64,000 bases of DNA from Escherichia coli (GCF_003334785.1 NZ_QOWV01000005.1), one strand, 5' to 3'; shown: positions 11,769-23,170, numbered from the stretch's first letter. The notes: a model not told the origin generated them from the letters alone. Translations and numbers: made by a program.

Positions 11769-12527
11769 TTACTTAATCCCATCCGCGCTCATGCGATCGC
11801 GAATATGCTGGGCGCGTTCGGCGGATGCAGGATGGTCGTCAAACATTGAGCTTTGGCGACCTTCTTCCAGTTTTGCCAGTTTTTCAAAGCTGGTGGCAAG
11901 ACCTGCCGGGCTGATGCCGCGTTGGCGCAGAAGATCGTAAGAATAATCATCGGCTTCTGCTTCCTGGCGCTGGGAGAATTGCGAATTGACTAATTTCTCG
12001 CCCAGATTACCAAGTTGTGATTGAGATAAACTTCCGACAATCCCGCCCGCAGAGGCCGCAGCTACTCGCACGGCATTTGTACCAAGTGCCACCTGCATTC
12101 CTTTTTTCACATGGCCTAACGCCACGTGCCCCATTTCGTGACCGATCACCGCTTCGACTTCGTTATCCGTCATCATATCCATCAGCCCGCTATAGACGCG
12201 GATACAGCCGTTAGCCATTGCAAAGGCGTTCACATCCTTCGCCATATACACTTTGTAATTTACCGGCTGACCGTTGATATTGTTGCCTAGCGCATTGGCA
12301 ATAGTTGTCAGACGTTTAGCGTATTCGCTATTGGCTGGCGCAATCGTCGCCTTGCTGTCCATCTCCTGACATGCCTGATCGCTCAGGGTTTTCACCTGCG
12401 CATCACTCAAACTGTAAGCCTGAAAAGCTTCCGCTCCTGATGAGAGCAGTCCGTTGGAGTCCATATTCTGGCAACCAGTCAGTACCGTTGCCACGCTCAT
12501 TGCTACCAATAAGGCGCGAATTTTCAT
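11769..12527 (-). CDS. loiP: Outer-membrane metalloprotease LoiP (YggG), M48 family lipoprotein
   Basis: Translation MKIRALLVAMSVATVLTGCQN... with HEMGH zinc motif; start trimmed to atg at 12527 from the 325-aa track ORF. Confidence 0.9.
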   Translation of the reverse strand: MKIRALLVAMSVATVLTGCQNMDSNGLLSSGAEAFQAYSLSDAQVKTLSDQACQEMDSKATIAPANSEYAKRLTTIANALGNNINGQPVNYKVYMAKDVNAFAMANGCIRVYSGLMDMMTDNEVEAVIGHEMGHVALGHVKKGMQVALGTNAVRVAAASAGGIVGSLSQSQLGNLGEKLVNSQFSQRQEAEADDYSYDLLRQRGISPAGLATSFEKLAKLEEGRQSSMFDDHPASAERAQHIRDRMSADGIK

Positions 12528-12804
12528 GTTTTCTCTTCCGCACAAGGTCAGGATTATTCTAAAAATGCGCCGTTTGCAGGTGAATCGACGCTCAGTCTCA
12601 GTATAAGGAAAAGCGCAGCGGACGGGCGAGTAGATTGCGCAACATGCGAGCATGATCCAGAGATTTCTGAAGCGGCAAAAGGATGTTCCATGTACATGAC
12701 GCGCGGCTTGCGGTAAATTGTTGGCAAATTTTCCGGCGTAGCCCAAAACGCGCTGTCGTCAAGTCGTTAAGGGCGTGCCCTTCATCATCCGATCTGGAGT
12801 CAAA

Positions 12805-14796
12805 ATGTCCTCACGTAAAGAGCTTGCCAATGCTATTCGTGCGCTGAGCATGGACGCAGTACAGAAAGCCAAATCCGGTCACCCGGGTGCCCCTATGGGT
12901 ATGGCTGACATTGCCGAAGTCCTGTGGCGTGATTTCCTGAAACACAACCCGCAGAATCCGTCCTGGGCTGACCGTGACCGCTTCGTGCTGTCCAACGGCC
13001 ACGGCTCCATGCTGATCTACAGCCTGCTGCACCTCACCGGTTACGATCTGCCGATGGAAGAACTGAAAAACTTCCGTCAGCTGCACTCTAAAACTCCGGG
13101 TCACCCGGAAGTGGGTTACACCGCTGGTGTGGAAACCACCACCGGTCCGCTGGGTCAGGGTATTGCCAACGCAGTCGGTATGGCGATTGCAGAAAAAACG
13201 CTGGCGGCGCAGTTTAACCGTCCGGGCCACGACATTGTCGACCACTACACCTACGCCTTCATGGGCGACGGCTGCATGATGGAAGGCATCTCCCACGAAG
13301 TTTGCTCTCTGGCGGGTACGCTGAAGCTGGGTAAACTGATTGCATTCTACGATGACAACGGTATTTCTATCGATGGTCACGTTGAAGGCTGGTTCACCGA
13401 CGACACCGCAATGCGTTTCGAAGCTTACGGCTGGCACGTTATTCGCGACATCGACGGTCATGACGCGGCATCTATCAAACGCGCAGTAGAAGAAGCGCGC
13501 GCAGTGACTGACAAACCTTCCCTGCTGATGTGCAAAACCATCATCGGTTTCGGTTCCCCGAACAAAGCCGGTACCCACGACTCCCACGGTGCGCCGCTGG
13601 GCGACGCTGAAATTGCCCTGACCCGCGAACAACTGGGCTGGAAATATGCGCCGTTCGAAATCCCGTCTGAAATCTATGCTCAGTGGGATGCGAAAGAAGC
13701 AGGCCAGGCGAAAGAATCCGCATGGAACGAGAAATTCGCTGCTTACGCGAAAGCTTATCCGCAGGAAGCCGCTGAATTTACCCGCCGTATGAAAGGCGAA
13801 ATGCCGTCTGACTTCGACGCTAAAGCGAAAGAGTTCATCGCTAAACTGCAGGCTAATCCGGCGAAAATCGCCAGCCGTAAAGCGTCTCAGAATGCTATCG
13901 AAGCGTTCGGTCCGCTGTTGCCGGAATTCCTCGGCGGTTCTGCTGACCTGGCGCCGTCTAACCTGACCCTGTGGTCTGGTTCTAAAGCAATCAACGAAGA
14001 TGCTGCGGGTAACTACATCCACTACGGTGTTCGCGAGTTCGGTATGACCGCGATTGCTAACGGTATCTCCCTGCACGGTGGCTTCCTGCCGTACACCTCC
14101 ACCTTCCTGATGTTCGTGGAATACGCACGTAACGCCGTACGTATGGCTGCGCTGATGAAACAGCGTCAGGTGATGGTTTACACCCACGACTCCATCGGTC
14201 TGGGCGAAGACGGCCCGACTCACCAGCCGGTTGAGCAGGTCGCTTCTCTGCGCGTAACCCCGAACATGTCTACATGGCGTCCGTGTGACCAGGTTGAATC
14301 CGCGGTCGCGTGGAAATACGGTGTTGAGCGTCAGGACGGCCCGACCGCACTGATCCTCTCCCGTCAGAACCTGGCGCAGCAGGAACGAACTGAAGAGCAA
14401 CTGGCAAACATCGCGCGCGGTGGTTATGTGCTGAAAGACTGCGCCGGTCAGCCGGAACTGATTTTCATCGCTACCGGTTCAGAAGTTGAACTGGCTGTTG
14501 CTGCCTACGAAAAACTGACTGCCGAAGGCGTGAAAGCGCGCGTGGTGTCCATGCCGTCTACCGACGCATTTGACAAGCAGGATGCTGCTTACCGTGAATC
14601 CGTACTGCCGAAAGCGGTTACTGCACGCGTTGCTGTAGAAGCGGGTATTGCTGACTACTGGTACAAGTATGTTGGCCTGAACGGTGCTATCGTCGGTATG
14701 ACCACCTTCGGTGAATCTGCTCCGGCAGAGCTGCTGTTTGAAGAGTTCGGCTTCACTGTTGATAACGTTGTTGCGAAAGCAAAAGAACTGCTGTAA
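12805..14796 (+). CDS. tktA: Transketolase 1
   Basis: Translation [41 protein letters not shown]... recognised as TktA; start at atg 12805. Confidence 0.97.
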   Translation: MSSRKELANAIRALSMDAVQKAKSGHPGAPMGMADIAEVLWRDFLKHNPQNPSWADRDRFVLSNGHGSMLIYSLLHLTGYDLPMEELKNFRQLHSKTPGHPEVGYTAGVETTTGPLGQGIANAVGMAIAEKTLAAQFNRPGHDIVDHYTYAFMGDGCMMEGISHEVCSLAGTLKLGKLIAFYDDNGISIDGHVEGWFTDDTAMRFEAYGWHVIRDIDGHDAASIKRAVEEARAVTDKPSLLMCKTIIGFGSPNKAGTHDSHGAPLGDAEIALTREQLGWKYAPFEIPSEIYAQWDAKEAGQAKESAWNEKFAAYAKAYPQEAAEFTRRMKGEMPSDFDAKAKEFIAKLQANPAKIASRKASQNAIEAFGPLLPEFLGGSADLAPSNLTLWSGSKAINEDAAGNYIHYGVREFGMTAIANGISLHGGFLPYTSTFLMFVEYARNAVRMAALMKQRQVMVYTHDSIGLGEDGPTHQPVEQVASLRVTPNMSTWRPCDQVESAVAWKYGVERQDGPTALILSRQNLAQQERTEEQLANIARGGYVLKDCAGQPELIFIATGSEVELAVAAYEKLTAEGVKARVVSMPSTDAFDKQDAAYRESVLPKAVTARVAVEAGIADYWYKYVGLNGAIVGMTTFGESAPAELLFEEFGFTVDNVVAKAKELL

Positions 14797-14811
14797 TTAG
14801 CATTTCGGGTA

Positions 14812-14838
14812 AAAAGGTCGCTTCGGCGACCTTTTTTA
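14812..14838 (+). terminator. Rho-independent terminator of tktA
   Basis: aaaaggtcgcttcggcgacctttttt: perfect stem with ttcg loop and T-run. Confidence 0.8.
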
Positions 14839-15109
14839 TTACCTTGATATGTCCGTTTGCGGACAAGCAATAGATAAGGCGTGTTGTAGATCACAAATAT
14901 TTATATGCAATAAATATCAATTATGTAATATGCATCACGATATGCGTATTGACATTTGTTGTTATATCTATAACTCAATGTTATATAAGAAATTAATAAT
15001 TCACTGTTTTCAAAACACCGGTTTCCCTGCTCAATTGCTTTCATTAAACCGCACGAGTATTTTATTTTTACCGCCGGACGGTACCCTAAAAATAAAATAA
15101 GGATAATTT

Positions 15110-15553
15110 ATGCGGCTTAGTGATTATTTTCCAGAATCATCAATCTCAGTTATACATTCAGCAAAAGATTGGCAGGAAGCTATCGATTTCTCGATGGTAT
15201 CATTGCTGGATAAAAACTATATCAGCGAGAATTACATTCAGGCAATTAAAGATTCCACCATTAACAATGGCCCTTATTATATTCTCGCACCAGGCGTGGC
15301 AATGCCTCATGCGCGACCGGAATGTGGGGCGCTTAAAACCGGGATGTCTTTGACATTACTTGAACAAGGTGTTTATTTTCCGGGGAATGACGAACCAATT
15401 AAATTACTCATCGGACTCTCTGCTGCCGATGCCGATTCGCACATTGGCGCTATTCAGGCGTTAAGTGAATTACTGTGCGAAGAAGAAATACTCGAACAAC
15501 TCTTAACAGCATCATCAGAAAAACAATTAGCGGACATTATCAGCCGCGGATAA
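15110..15553 (+). CDS. cmtB: Cryptic mannitol-type PTS enzyme IIA component
   Basis: 147-aa ORF resembling the PTS EIIA (mannitol/fructose) domain; AT-rich gene preceded by a very AT-rich 270-bp upstream region. Confidence 0.88.
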   Translation: MRLSDYFPESSISVIHSAKDWQEAIDFSMVSLLDKNYISENYIQAIKDSTINNGPYYILAPGVAMPHARPECGALKTGMSLTLLEQGVYFPGNDEPIKLLIGLSAADADSHIGAIQALSELLCEEEILEQLLTASSEKQLADIISRG

Positions 15554-15580
15554 TTACTCTCTCCTCTACAGGATAATATT

Positions 15581-16969
15581 ATGGAAAACAAGTCTGCTCG
15601 TGCAAAGGTCCAGGCTTTTGGGGGCTTTTTGACTGCAATGGTCATCCCCAATATTGGTGCTTTTATTGCCTGGGGTTTTATTACTGCGTTATTTATTCCC
15701 ACCGGTTGGCTGCCTAACGAACATTTCGCCAAAATTGTCGGCCCGATGATTACCTATTTATTGCCCGTGATGATTGGTTCTACAGGTGGTCATCTGGTCG
15801 GCGGTAAACGCGGGGCGGTCATGGGCGGAATAGGTACTATTGGTGTGATCGTTGGCGCAGAGATCCCGATGTTCCTTGGCTCAATGATCATGGGGCCGCT
15901 CGGTGGGTTGGTCATAAAATATGTCGATAAGGCACTGGAAAAACGCATACCTGCCGGTTTTGAGATGGTTATCAATAACTTCTCATTAGGTATCGCGGGG
16001 ATGCTCCTTTGTCTGCTGGGTTTTGAAGTTATCGGCCCGGCGGTGTTAATTGCCAATACTTTCGTCAAAGAGTGTATTGAGGCGCTGGTACATGCGGGTT
16101 ATCTGCCATTGTTGTCAGTCATCAATGAACCGGCGAAAGTGCTTTTCCTCAATAATGCGATCGATCAGGGCGTCTATTATCCGCTGGGAATGCAACAGGC
16201 TTCGGTTAACGGTAAATCCATCTTCTTTATGGTGGCCTCTAACCCAGGTCCGGGCCTGGGGCTGCTGCTGGCGTTTACCTTGTTTGGTAAAGGGATGAGT
16301 AAACGTTCTGCGCCCGGGGCGATGATTATTCACTTCCTCGGTGGGATCCACGAACTGTATTTCCCGTATGTGCTGATGAAGCCGCTGACCATTATTGCCA
16401 TGATTGCGGGCGGTATGTCTGGCACCTGGATGTTTAACTTACTGGACGGTGGTCTGGTGGCTGGCCCAAGTCCGGGGTCTATCTTTGCTTACCTGGCACT
16501 GACGCCGAAAGGCTCGTTCCTGGCGACAATTGCCGGTGTTACGGTAGGTACCCTGGTGTCCTTTGCTATTACTTCGCTGATACTGAAGATGGAAAAAACG
16601 GTGGAAACGGAGAGCGAAGATGAGTTTGCTCAGTCAGCCAATGCGGTTAAGGCGATGAAACAAGAGGGTGCATTCTCGTTAAGCAGGGTTAAGCGTATCG
16701 CCTTTGTTTGCGATGCGGGGATGGGCTCCAGTGCGATGGGCGCGACCACCTTCCGTAAACGCCTGGAAAAAGCGGGGCTGGCAATTGAAGTAAAACATTA
16801 CGCCATAGAAAACGTGCCTGCGGATGCGGATATCGTCGTTACTCATGCCAGTCTGGAAGGGCGCGTGAAACGTGTGACGGATAAACCACTGATATTGATT
16901 AATAACTATATTGGCGATCCAAAACTCGACACTTTATTTAATCAATTAACCGCCGAACATAAACACTGA
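15581..16969 (+). CDS. cmtA: Cryptic mannitol-type PTS enzyme IICB component
   Basis: 462-aa ORF with N-terminal polytopic membrane domain and C-terminal EIIB-like segment (VCDAGMGSSAM). Confidence 0.9.
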   Translation: MENKSARAKVQAFGGFLTAMVIPNIGAFIAWGFITALFIPTGWLPNEHFAKIVGPMITYLLPVMIGSTGGHLVGGKRGAVMGGIGTIGVIVGAEIPMFLGSMIMGPLGGLVIKYVDKALEKRIPAGFEMVINNFSLGIAGMLLCLLGFEVIGPAVLIANTFVKECIEALVHAGYLPLLSVINEPAKVLFLNNAIDQGVYYPLGMQQASVNGKSIFFMVASNPGPGLGLLLAFTLFGKGMSKRSAPGAMIIHFLGGIHELYFPYVLMKPLTIIAMIAGGMSGTWMFNLLDGGLVAGPSPGSIFAYLALTPKGSFLATIAGVTVGTLVSFAITSLILKMEKTVETESEDEFAQSANAVKAMKQEGAFSLSRVKRIAFVCDAGMGSSAMGATTFRKRLEKAGLAIEVKHYAIENVPADADIVVTHASLEGRVKRVTDKPLILINNYIGDPKLDTLFNQLTAEHKH

Positions 16970-16983
16970 TTACAGAGGTAAAA

Positions 16984-18261
16984 ATGAAAACCAAAGTTGC
17001 TGCTATTTATGGCAAGCGGGATGTCCGTCTGCGCGTATTTGAACTGCCAGAAATTACCGATAATGAATTACTGGTGAGTGTAATTTCTGACAGCGTCTGT
17101 TTATCGACCTGGAAAGCGGCGTTACTCGGTAGTGAACATAAACGCGTACCCGACGATTTAGAAAATCATCCGGTCATTACCGGGCATGAATGTGCCGGGG
17201 TTATTGTCGAAGTGGGTAAAAATCTCACTGGCAAATATAAAAAAGGCCAGCGTTTTGTATTGCAACCGGCGATGGGGTTACCAAGCGGATATTCAGCGGG
17301 CTACAGCTACGAATATTTTGGCGGCAATGCCACTTATATGATTATTCCCGAAATCGCCATTAATTTGGGCTGCGTATTACCGTATCACGGCTCTTATTTT
17401 GCTGCGGCGTCGCTGGCAGAGCCTATGTGCTGCATTATTGGTGCTTATCATGCCAATTATCACACCACGCAATATGTTTATGAGCATCGCATGGGCGTCA
17501 AACCTGGCGGCAATATTGCACTGCTGGCGTGTGCAGGTCCGATGGGCATTGGCGCTATCGATTACGCCATTAACGGCGGCATACAACCGTCGCGGGTGGT
17601 GGTGGTCGATATCGACGACAAACGTCTGGCGCAGGTACAGAAGCTGCTGCCGGTGGAACTGGCGGCCAGTAAAGGCATTGAGCTGGTGTATGTGAATACC
17701 AAAGGGATGAGCGATCCTGTCCAGATGCTGCGGGCGCTGACAGGAGATGCCGGGTTCGATGACATTTTTGTTTATGCGGCGGTGCCTGCTGTCGTTGAGA
17801 TGGCTGATGAATTACTGGCGGAAGATGGCTGTCTGAACTTCTTTGCCGGGCCGACGGATAAAAACTTCAAAGTGCCGTTTAATTTCTACAACGTCCATTA
17901 CAACAGCACGCACGTCGTCGGTACATCTGGCGGTTCAACGGACGACATGAAAGAGGCGATTGCCCTTAGCGCCACTGGGCAGTTACAGCCGTCGTTTATG
18001 GTGACCCATATCGGTGGCCTGGATGCGTTGCCAGAAACCGTGCTCAATCTGCCGGATATCCCTGGCGGTAAAAAACTCATTTATAACGGCGTGACCATGC
18101 CGCTCACTGCCATTGCCGATTTTGCCGAAAAAGGCAAAACCGATCCGCTGTTTAAAGAGTTGGCGCGGCTGGTTGAGGAAACGCACGGCATCTGGAATGA
18201 ACAGGCCGAGAAATATCTGCTGGCACAATTTGGCGTTGATATCGGGGAGGCCGCGCAATGA
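16984..18261 (+). CDS. yggP: Zn-dependent medium-chain dehydrogenase/reductase-like protein (putative polyol dehydrogenase)
   Basis: 425-aa ORF; GHECAG zinc-ligand-like motif; 4-nt ATGA overlap with yggF. Confidence 0.85.
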   Translation: MKTKVAAIYGKRDVRLRVFELPEITDNELLVSVISDSVCLSTWKAALLGSEHKRVPDDLENHPVITGHECAGVIVEVGKNLTGKYKKGQRFVLQPAMGLPSGYSAGYSYEYFGGNATYMIIPEIAINLGCVLPYHGSYFAAASLAEPMCCIIGAYHANYHTTQYVYEHRMGVKPGGNIALLACAGPMGIGAIDYAINGGIQPSRVVVVDIDDKRLAQVQKLLPVELAASKGIELVYVNTKGMSDPVQMLRALTGDAGFDDIFVYAAVPAVVEMADELLAEDGCLNFFAGPTDKNFKVPFNFYNVHYNSTHVVGTSGGSTDDMKEAIALSATGQLQPSFMVTHIGGLDALPETVLNLPDIPGGKKLIYNGVTMPLTAIADFAEKGKTDPLFKELARLVEETHGIWNEQAEKYLLAQFGVDIGEAAQ

Positions 18262-19223
18262 TGTCCCTGGCGTGGCCATTATTTCGCGTTACGGAACAGG
18301 CAGCGTTGGCTGCCTGGCCGCAAACCGGATGTGGCGACAAAAATAAAATTGATGGCCTGGCGGTCACCGCGATGCGCCAGGCATTAAACGACGTCGCTTT
18401 TCGTGGACGAGTGGTTATCGGCGAAGGAGAAATTGACCATGCGCCGATGCTGTGGATTGGCGAAGAGGTGGGCAAAGGCGATGGGCCAGAAGTCGATATC
18501 GCGGTTGATCCCATTGAAGGCACGCGGATGGTGGCGATGGGGCAGAGCAATGCGCTGGCGGTCATGGCTTTCGCCCCTCGAGATAGCCTGTTACATGCGC
18601 CCGATATGTATATGAAAAAGCTGGTTGTTAATCGGCTGGCGGCGGGCGCGATTGATCTGTCTTTGCCTCTGACGGACAACCTGCGCAACGTGGCGAAAGC
18701 GTTAGGCAAACCGCTGGATAAGCTGCGCATGGTTACGCTGGATAAACCGCGCCTGAGTGCCGCGATTGAGGAAGCAACACAGCTGGGCGTGAAGGTTTTT
18801 GCCCTGCCGGATGGCGATGTCGCCGCCAGCGTGCTGACCTGCTGGCAGGATAATCCTTACGATGTGATGTACACCATCGGCGGTGCGCCAGAAGGCGTGA
18901 TTTCTGCCTGTGCCGTTAAAGCATTAGGCGGGGATATGCAGGCCGAGCTGATTGACTTTTGCCAGGCTAAAGGGGATTACACGGAAAATCGGCAGATTGC
19001 AGAGCAGGAGCGCAAGCGTTGCAAGGCAATGGGCGTTGACGTTAACCGTGTGTACTCGCTCGATGAACTGGTGAGGGGGAACGATATCCTCTTTAGCGCT
19101 ACGGGCGTGACGGGCGGTGAGCTGGTGAACGGTATCCAACAGACGGCGAATGGGGTGCGGACGCAGACATTACTGATCGGCGGCGCGGACCAAACGTGTA
19201 ATATAATAGACTCCCTGCATTGA
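18258..19223 (+). CDS. yggF: Fructose-1,6-bisphosphatase class II (GlpX paralog)
   Basis: 321-aa ORF recognised as a GlpX-family FBPase paralog; start overlaps the yggP stop. Confidence 0.88.
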   Translation: MMSLAWPLFRVTEQAALAAWPQTGCGDKNKIDGLAVTAMRQALNDVAFRGRVVIGEGEIDHAPMLWIGEEVGKGDGPEVDIAVDPIEGTRMVAMGQSNALAVMAFAPRDSLLHAPDMYMKKLVVNRLAAGAIDLSLPLTDNLRNVAKALGKPLDKLRMVTLDKPRLSAAIEEATQLGVKVFALPDGDVAASVLTCWQDNPYDVMYTIGGAPEGVISACAVKALGGDMQAELIDFCQAKGDYTENRQIAEQERKRCKAMGVDVNRVYSLDELVRGNDILFSATGVTGGELVNGIQQTANGVRTQTLLIGGADQTCNIIDSLH

Positions 19224-19244
19224 TGGTGATCTATCGGAAGACCA

Positions 19245-19754
19245 ATGGCGACGCTGACAGAAGATGATGTGCTTGAGCAACTGGATGCACAGGACAATTT
19301 ATTTTCATTTATGAAAACTGCGCATACCATTTTGCTCCAGGGGATACGCCAGTTTCTGCCGTCGCTGTTTGTCGATAACGATGAAGAGATCGTGGAATAT
19401 GCAGTGAAGCCGTTACTCGCCCAAAGCGGCCCGCTTGACGATATTGATGTTGCACTGCGTTTGATTTATGCGTTGGGGAAAATGGATAAATGGTTGTACG
19501 CCGATATCACGCATTTTTCCCAGTTCTGGCATTACCTGAACGAACAGGATGAAACGCCCGGATTTGCCGATGACATGACCTGGGATTTTATCAGCAACGT
19601 CAATAGCATAACCCGCAATGCGATGCTCTATGACGCGTTAAAAGCGATGAAGTTCGCTGATTTCTCCGTCTGGTCAGAGGCGCGTTTTAGCGGAATGGTC
19701 AAAACGGCGCTGACGCTGGCAGTAACGACCACCTTAAAGGAATTAACGCCGTGA
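19245..19754 (+). CDS. fumE: MtlR-like protein YggD (also annotated as fumarase E)
   Basis: 169-aa ORF; resemblance to the mannitol repressor MtlR family is from memory. Confidence 0.8.
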   Translation: MATLTEDDVLEQLDAQDNLFSFMKTAHTILLQGIRQFLPSLFVDNDEEIVEYAVKPLLAQSGPLDDIDVALRLIYALGKMDKWLYADITHFSQFWHYLNEQDETPGFADDMTWDFISNVNSITRNAMLYDALKAMKFADFSVWSEARFSGMVKTALTLAVTTTLKELTP

Positions 19755-20464
19755 AAATTGAATTAACGGTGAATGGGCTGAAGATACAGGCACAGTACCA
19801 GAACGAAGAGATTGAAAATGTACATAAACCGTTGCTGCACATGTTGGCGGCCTTACAGACGGTAAATCCGCAGCGGCGTACGGTGGTTTTTCTTTGCGCT
19901 CCGCCGGGGACGGGTAAATCAACCCTAACCACCTTCTGGGAATATCTCGCGCAACAAGACCCGGAACTGCCCGCTATTCAGACGCTCCCGATGGATGGTT
20001 TTCACCATTACAATAGCTGGCTGGATGCGCATCAATTGCGCCCCTTCAAAGGCGCACCAGAGACATTTGACGTTGCGAAACTGACGGAAAATCTGCGCCA
20101 GGTCGTGGAAGGGGATTGTACGTGGCCGCAGTACGATCGACAAAAGCATGATCCTGTTGAAGATGCGTTGCACGTTACCGCACCACTCGTCATCGTCGAA
20201 GGAAACTGGTTGTTACTGGATGATGAAAAGTGGCTGGAGTTGGCATCTTTCTGCGATTTTTCTATTTTTATTCATGCACCTGCTCAAATTCTGCGGGAGC
20301 GCTTGATTAGTCGTAAAATTGCGGGAGGATTAACGCGGCAAGTAGCCGAAGCATTTTATGCCCGCACCGATGGCCCCAATGTCGAGCGTGTGCTGATGAA
20401 TAGCCGTCAGGCCAATCTGATAGTAGAGATGACTGAAGAAGGCCGGTATCACTTCACAAGCTGA
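19751..20464 (+). CDS. yggC: P-loop NTPase / kinase-like protein of unknown specificity
   Basis: 237-aa ORF with Walker A motif CAPPGTGKST; GTGA overlap with the yggD stop. Confidence 0.82.
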   Translation: MKIELTVNGLKIQAQYQNEEIENVHKPLLHMLAALQTVNPQRRTVVFLCAPPGTGKSTLTTFWEYLAQQDPELPAIQTLPMDGFHHYNSWLDAHQLRPFKGAPETFDVAKLTENLRQVVEGDCTWPQYDRQKHDPVEDALHVTAPLVIVEGNWLLLDDEKWLELASFCDFSIFIHAPAQILRERLISRKIAGGLTRQVAEAFYARTDGPNVERVLMNSRQANLIVEMTEEGRYHFTS

Positions 20465-20748
20465 CAATTTATTCCAGTTATTGTAGGGTTATTATTACGC
20501 CAGCCTGGAATAAAGCTTCCCACAAAAGGGGATAAAAGTGTGATGTGAGTCAGATAAATGTCTTCTTCGGCTGGACAAACATTCCTTTTATTCCACGTTT
20601 CGCTTATCCTAGCTGAAGCGTTTCAGTCGATTAAATGTTCGACAATTAACCAATCAGTCGCAGTTTGCGACAGGTAAGGTTTCCCCGGACGATTTGCTGG
20701 ATTACTCTGTCTGGCAAATTTGCTCAGGGAAAACCTTGCAGGAGATCT

Positions 20749-21768
20749 ATGACCGTACGCGTAGCGATAAATGGCTTCGGTCGCATCGGGCGTAATGTGG
20801 TTCGTGCTTTGTATGAATCCGGACGCCGGGCGGAAATTACCGTGGTGGCAATCAACGAACTGGCGGATGCTGCGGGCATGGCGCATTTGTTGAAATATGA
20901 CACCAGCCATGGCCGTTTTGCATGGGAAGTACGACAGGAACGCGATCAACTTTTTGTTGGTGATGACGCCATCCGCGTATTGCATGAACGTTCACTGCAA
21001 TCGCTCCCCTGGCGTGAACTTGGCGTTGATGTAGTCCTCGACTGCACCGGCGTATATGGCTCCCGCGAGCATGGCGAAGCGCATATTGCCGCCGGGGCCA
21101 AAAAAGTGCTCTTTTCACATCCTGGCAGTAACGATCTCGACGCGACCGTTGTTTACGGCGTCAATCAGGATCAACTTCGTGCGGAACACCGCATCGTTTC
21201 TAACGCTTCCTGTACCACGAATTGCATAATTCCCGTCATCAAATTGTTAGATGATGCGTACGGTATTGAGTCCGGCACTGTGACCACAATTCACTCCGCC
21301 ATGCACGATCAACAGGTTATTGATGCATACCATCCTGACCTGCGTCGCACCCGGGCAGCCAGCCAGTCGATCATTCCGGTCGATACTAAACTGGCCGCCG
21401 GTATCACACGATTTTTTCCGCAATTTAACGATCGCTTTGAAGCGATTGCGGTACGTGTGCCAACCATAAATGTGACGGCAATCGATTTAAGCGTGACGGT
21501 GAAGAAACCTGTAAAAGCCAATGAAGTCAACCTGTTGCTGCAAAAAGCAGCACAAGGTGCATTTCATGGTATAGTTGACTATACGGAATTGCCGTTGGTC
21601 TCTGTAGATTTTAACCACGATCCGCACAGTGCCATTGTCGATGGCACCCAAACCCGGGTCAGTGGCGCACACCTGATCAAAACGTTGGTCTGGTGCGATA
21701 ACGAATGGGGCTTTGCTAACCGAATGCTCGACACGACGTTAGCTATGGCTACTGTTGCTTTCAGGTAA
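20749..21768 (+). CDS. epd: D-erythrose-4-phosphate dehydrogenase
   Basis: Translation [37 protein letters not shown]... recognised as Epd (GapB); start trimmed 28 codons from the track ORF. Confidence 0.95.
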
Positions 21769-21817
21769 GACGCAAGCAGCGTCTGCAAAACTTTTAGAAT
21801 CAACGAGAGGATTCACC

Positions 21818-22981
21818 ATGTCTGTAATTAAGATGACCGATCTGGATCTTGCTGGGAAACGTGTATTTATCCGTGCGGATCTGAACGTACCAGTAAAAGA
21901 CGGGAAAGTAACCAGCGACGCGCGTATCCGTGCTTCTCTGCCGACCATCGAACTGGCCCTGAAACAAGGCGCAAAAGTGATGGTAACTTCCCACCTGGGT
22001 CGTCCTACCGAAGGCGAGTACAACGAAGAATTCTCTCTGCTGCCGGTTGTTAACTACCTGAAAGACAAACTGTCTAACCCGGTTCGTCTGGTTAAAGATT
22101 ACCTCGACGGCGTTGACGTTGCTGAAGGTGAACTGGTTGTTCTGGAAAACGTTCGCTTCAACAAAGGCGAGAAGAAAGACGACGAAACCCTGTCCAAAAA
22201 ATACGCTGCACTGTGTGACGTGTTCGTAATGGACGCATTCGGTACTGCTCACCGCGCGCAGGCTTCTACTCACGGTATCGGTAAATTCGCTGACGTTGCG
22301 TGCGCAGGCCCGCTGCTGGCAGCTGAACTGGACGCGCTGGGTAAAGCACTGAAAGAACCTGCTCGCCCGATGGTGGCTATCGTTGGTGGTTCTAAAGTAT
22401 CTACCAAACTGACCGTTCTGGACTCCCTGTCTAAAATCGCTGACCAGCTGATTGTTGGTGGTGGTATCGCTAACACCTTTATCGCGGCACAAGGCCACGA
22501 TGTGGGTAAATCCCTGTACGAAGCTGACCTGGTTGACGAAGCTAAACGTCTGCTGACCACCTGCAACATCCCGGTTCCGTCTGATGTTCGCGTAGCAACC
22601 GAGTTCTCTGAAACTGCACCGGCTACCCTGAAATCTGTTAACGATGTGAAAGCTGACGAGCAGATCCTGGATATCGGTGATGCTTCCGCTCAGGAACTGG
22701 CTGAAATCCTGAAGAATGCGAAAACCATTCTGTGGAACGGTCCGGTTGGCGTGTTCGAATTCCCGAACTTCCGCAAAGGTACTGAAATCGTGGCTAACGC
22801 TATCGCAGACAGCGAAGCGTTCTCCATCGCTGGCGGCGGCGACACTCTGGCAGCAATCGACCTGTTCGGCATTGCTGACAAAATCTCCTACATCTCCACT
22901 GGCGGCGGCGCATTCCTCGAATTCGTGGAAGGTAAAGTACTGCCTGCAGTAGCGATGCTCGAAGAGCGCGCTAAGAAGTAA
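21818..22981 (+). CDS. pgk: Phosphoglycerate kinase
   Basis: Translation [40 protein letters not shown]... recognised as Pgk; start trimmed 21 codons. Confidence 0.97.
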
Positions 22982-22988
22982 AAAATCA

Positions 22989-23014
22989 CAGGGCAGGGAA
23001 ACCTGCCCTTGTTT
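22989..23014 (+). terminator. Putative rho-independent terminator after pgk
   Basis: cagggcagggaaacctgcccttgttt. Confidence 0.6.
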
Positions 23015-23049
23015 CAGCGCGCTTTTAGAGCACGCAATTTTTCATACTC

Positions 23050-23170
23050 TAAATAATTCGAGTTGCAGGAAGGCGACAAGAGAGTGAATCCCCAGGAGCT
23101 TACATAAGTAAGTGACTGGGGTGAGCGAACGCAGACGCAGCACATGCAACTTGAAGTATGACGAGTATAA
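23050..23170. repeat. ERIC (enterobacterial repetitive intergenic consensus / IRU) element in the pgk-fbaA intergenic region
   Basis: Core gtgaatccccaggagcttacat + aagtaagtgactggggtgagcg matches the reverse complement of ERIC1R followed by ERIC2 (primer sequences from memory); outer boundaries approximate. Confidence 0.85.

Noticed and set aside
12811-14400. 529-aa ORF antisense to tktA
   Set aside because: It lies entirely inside the well-supported tktA gene on the opposite strand. Its low-complexity, Arg/Val/Phe-rich translation is typical of an antisense frame of a codon-biased gene and there is no independent start or RBS context.
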